Source: an uncultured Thermotogae bacterium (GTDB lineage Bacteria; Bipolaricaulota; Bipolaricaulia; UBA7950; UBA9294). Taken from it: a stretch of DNA of 26,018 nt. The position numbers and the translations under genes are program-made. Location of the stretch: assembly GCA_964602385.1 (NCBI GenBank), contig CAZRQM010000001.1, positions 12,888 to 38,905 of the forward strand, given 5' to 3'. Positions 24,790 through 26,018 of this stretch are shown one piece after another (position 1 is the first letter of the stretch; each line of letters begins with the position of its first letter). The notes under the pieces were generated by a model. The model was not told the DNA's origin. It did no database searches and saw only the letters and a program-made list of their open reading frames with translations.

Positions 24790-25917
24790 ATGGCAATGGT
24801 AGATCAGAGGGTTCTGACCCCCGCAGCGCGATTGATGGTCATCGGCGTCGGTGGCGGAGGCGGCAATGCCGTCGACCGCATGTTCGCTGATGGTCGAATC
24901 AACGGCGTGGAGTTTGTGGTCGTCAATACCGATGCGCAGGTGTTAGAGGTGGTGCATGCGCACCATACGTTGCAGATCGGACGGAAGCTGACGAGTGGGC
25001 TCGGTGCCGGCGGCAACCCGGAGATCGGCCGCCTCGCCGCGGAGGAAAGCCACGAGGAGATCGCCGACCTGTTGAGCGGGATAGACATGGCGTTCATCAC
25101 CTGCGGGATGGGGGGCGGCACAGGGACGGGAGCTGCTCCGGTCATCGCTTCCCTAGCTAAGGAGGCCGGAATCCTCACCACAGCGATCGTCACGAGACCG
25201 TTCTCTTTCGAGGGGTTGGCCCGCGCGGAGAAAGCAGAGGCGGGGATCGCCCGGCTCTCGCAAGAGGTCGACGCCATGATCACCATCTCCAACGACAAGC
25301 TACTGAAGGTCGCCCCTGCGGACACCCCAATAACGCGCGCGTTCGAGATGGCCGATGAGATCCTTCGTCAGGGGGTGGAGGGGATATCTGATCTAATCAC
25401 CGTTCCCGGCATGATCAACCTTGACTTTGCCGACATCGAGAGCGTGATCCGCGGTGCAGGCACGGCGATGATGGGAATCGGCGAAGGCGAGGGGGAAGGG
25501 AAGACCAAGGATGCGGCGAGAAAGGCCATCTCATCACCGCTCCTCGACGCCTCGATCAAGGGTGCACGCAAGGTGATCATGAATATCACCGGCGGGAGCG
25601 ACCTCACACTGGAGGAGGTCACGGAAGCGGCATCTCTCATTCGTGAGGCGGTTTCCGATCGCGCCGACATTATCTTTGGCACGACAATACGCGATGGTAT
25701 GGAGACGGTGCGCCTGACTGTGATTGCCACCGGCTTTGCCATAGTGCGCCCCGGAGAAGAGGAAGAGGGGTCTGCTCTGGGCAACGAAACCATGCTCGCC
25801 AAGCTGCAGAAGGAAAGACCGGTTGGTTCGGACGATTTCGACATCCCTACCTATCTACGTAGGAGCCGCAAGGTGCGCGATGAGAAATCGCGTCCGTGGG
25901 GAACTGACGGAGATTAG
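24790..25917 (+). CDS. ftsZ: Cell division protein FtsZ
   Basis: GVGGGGGNAV; NTDAQ; GLGAGGNPEIG; GMGGGTGTGAAP; PFSFEG; NLDFAD; C-terminal peptide DIPTYLRR. Confidence 0.99.
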   Translation: MAMVDQRVLTPAARLMVIGVGGGGGNAVDRMFADGRINGVEFVVVNTDAQVLEVVHAHHTLQIGRKLTSGLGAGGNPEIGRLAAEESHEEIADLLSGIDMAFITCGMGGGTGTGAAPVIASLAKEAGILTTAIVTRPFSFEGLARAEKAEAGIARLSQEVDAMITISNDKLLKVAPADTPITRAFEMADEILRQGVEGISDLITVPGMINLDFADIESVIRGAGTAMMGIGEGEGEGKTKDAARKAISSPLLDASIKGARKVIMNITGGSDLTLEEVTEAASLIREAVSDRADIIFGTTIRDGMETVRLTVIATGFAIVRPGEEEEGSALGNETMLAKLQKERPVGSDDFDIPTYLRRSRKVRDEKSRPWGTDGD

Positions 25918-26018
25918 GAGTTCGTACTCCGCGACGCCTTGAGTATCTGCTTTGGCAGATGGGTGCCCTTGTCCCATATGCGGGAGCGGGACGGACGCAT
26001 TCGATACATTTCTTGTAA

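Noticed and set aside
25918-26018. Start or end of a further gene after ftsZ (plus-strand MRERDGRIRYISC; minus-strand frame ending at 25914)
   Set aside because: Too short at the window edge, with no convincing SD or motif; it needs flanking sequence.
1-26018. tRNA, rRNA, CRISPR arrays, transposases, integrases or defence systems
   Set aside because: I saw no cloverleafs, regularly spaced repeats or mobile-element ORFs; all long ORFs are explained by core genes or their shadows.

Overview
Bacterial chromosomal window, roughly 55-60% GC by eye, made up almost entirely of core genes in two divergent blocks. Minus strand (1-10417): kdpD-kdpE, trkA-trkH, an MTA/SAH-deaminase-family amidohydrolase, rpsO and pnp (the pnp 3' end runs off the window). 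Plus strand (10594-25917): yraN-comM, bamA-skp-fabZ, a glutamate formiminotransferase, and a partial dcw cluster (murD-ftsW-murG-murC-murB-ftsQ-ftsA-ftsZ). I saw no tRNA, rRNA, CRISPR array or mobile element. The most unusual observations are: (1) a KdpD/KdpE two-component system with no kdpFABC, placed directly upstream of trkA-trkH, with a KdpE-box-like 11-bp-period repeat ahead of trkA, suggesting KdpDE controls a Trk channel; (2) a PNPase of >841 aa with two tandem S1 domains, an RG-rich linker and a Q/E-repeat tail; (3) an elongated Skp/OmpH with an apparently duplicated helical arm; (4) a bamA-skp-fabZ cluster lacking lpxD/lpxA and joined to the dcw genes through ftcD. The envelope genes fit a deep-branching diderm that may lack LPS (Ca. 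Bipolaricaulota/Thermotogota-like). That placement is an inference and was not tested.
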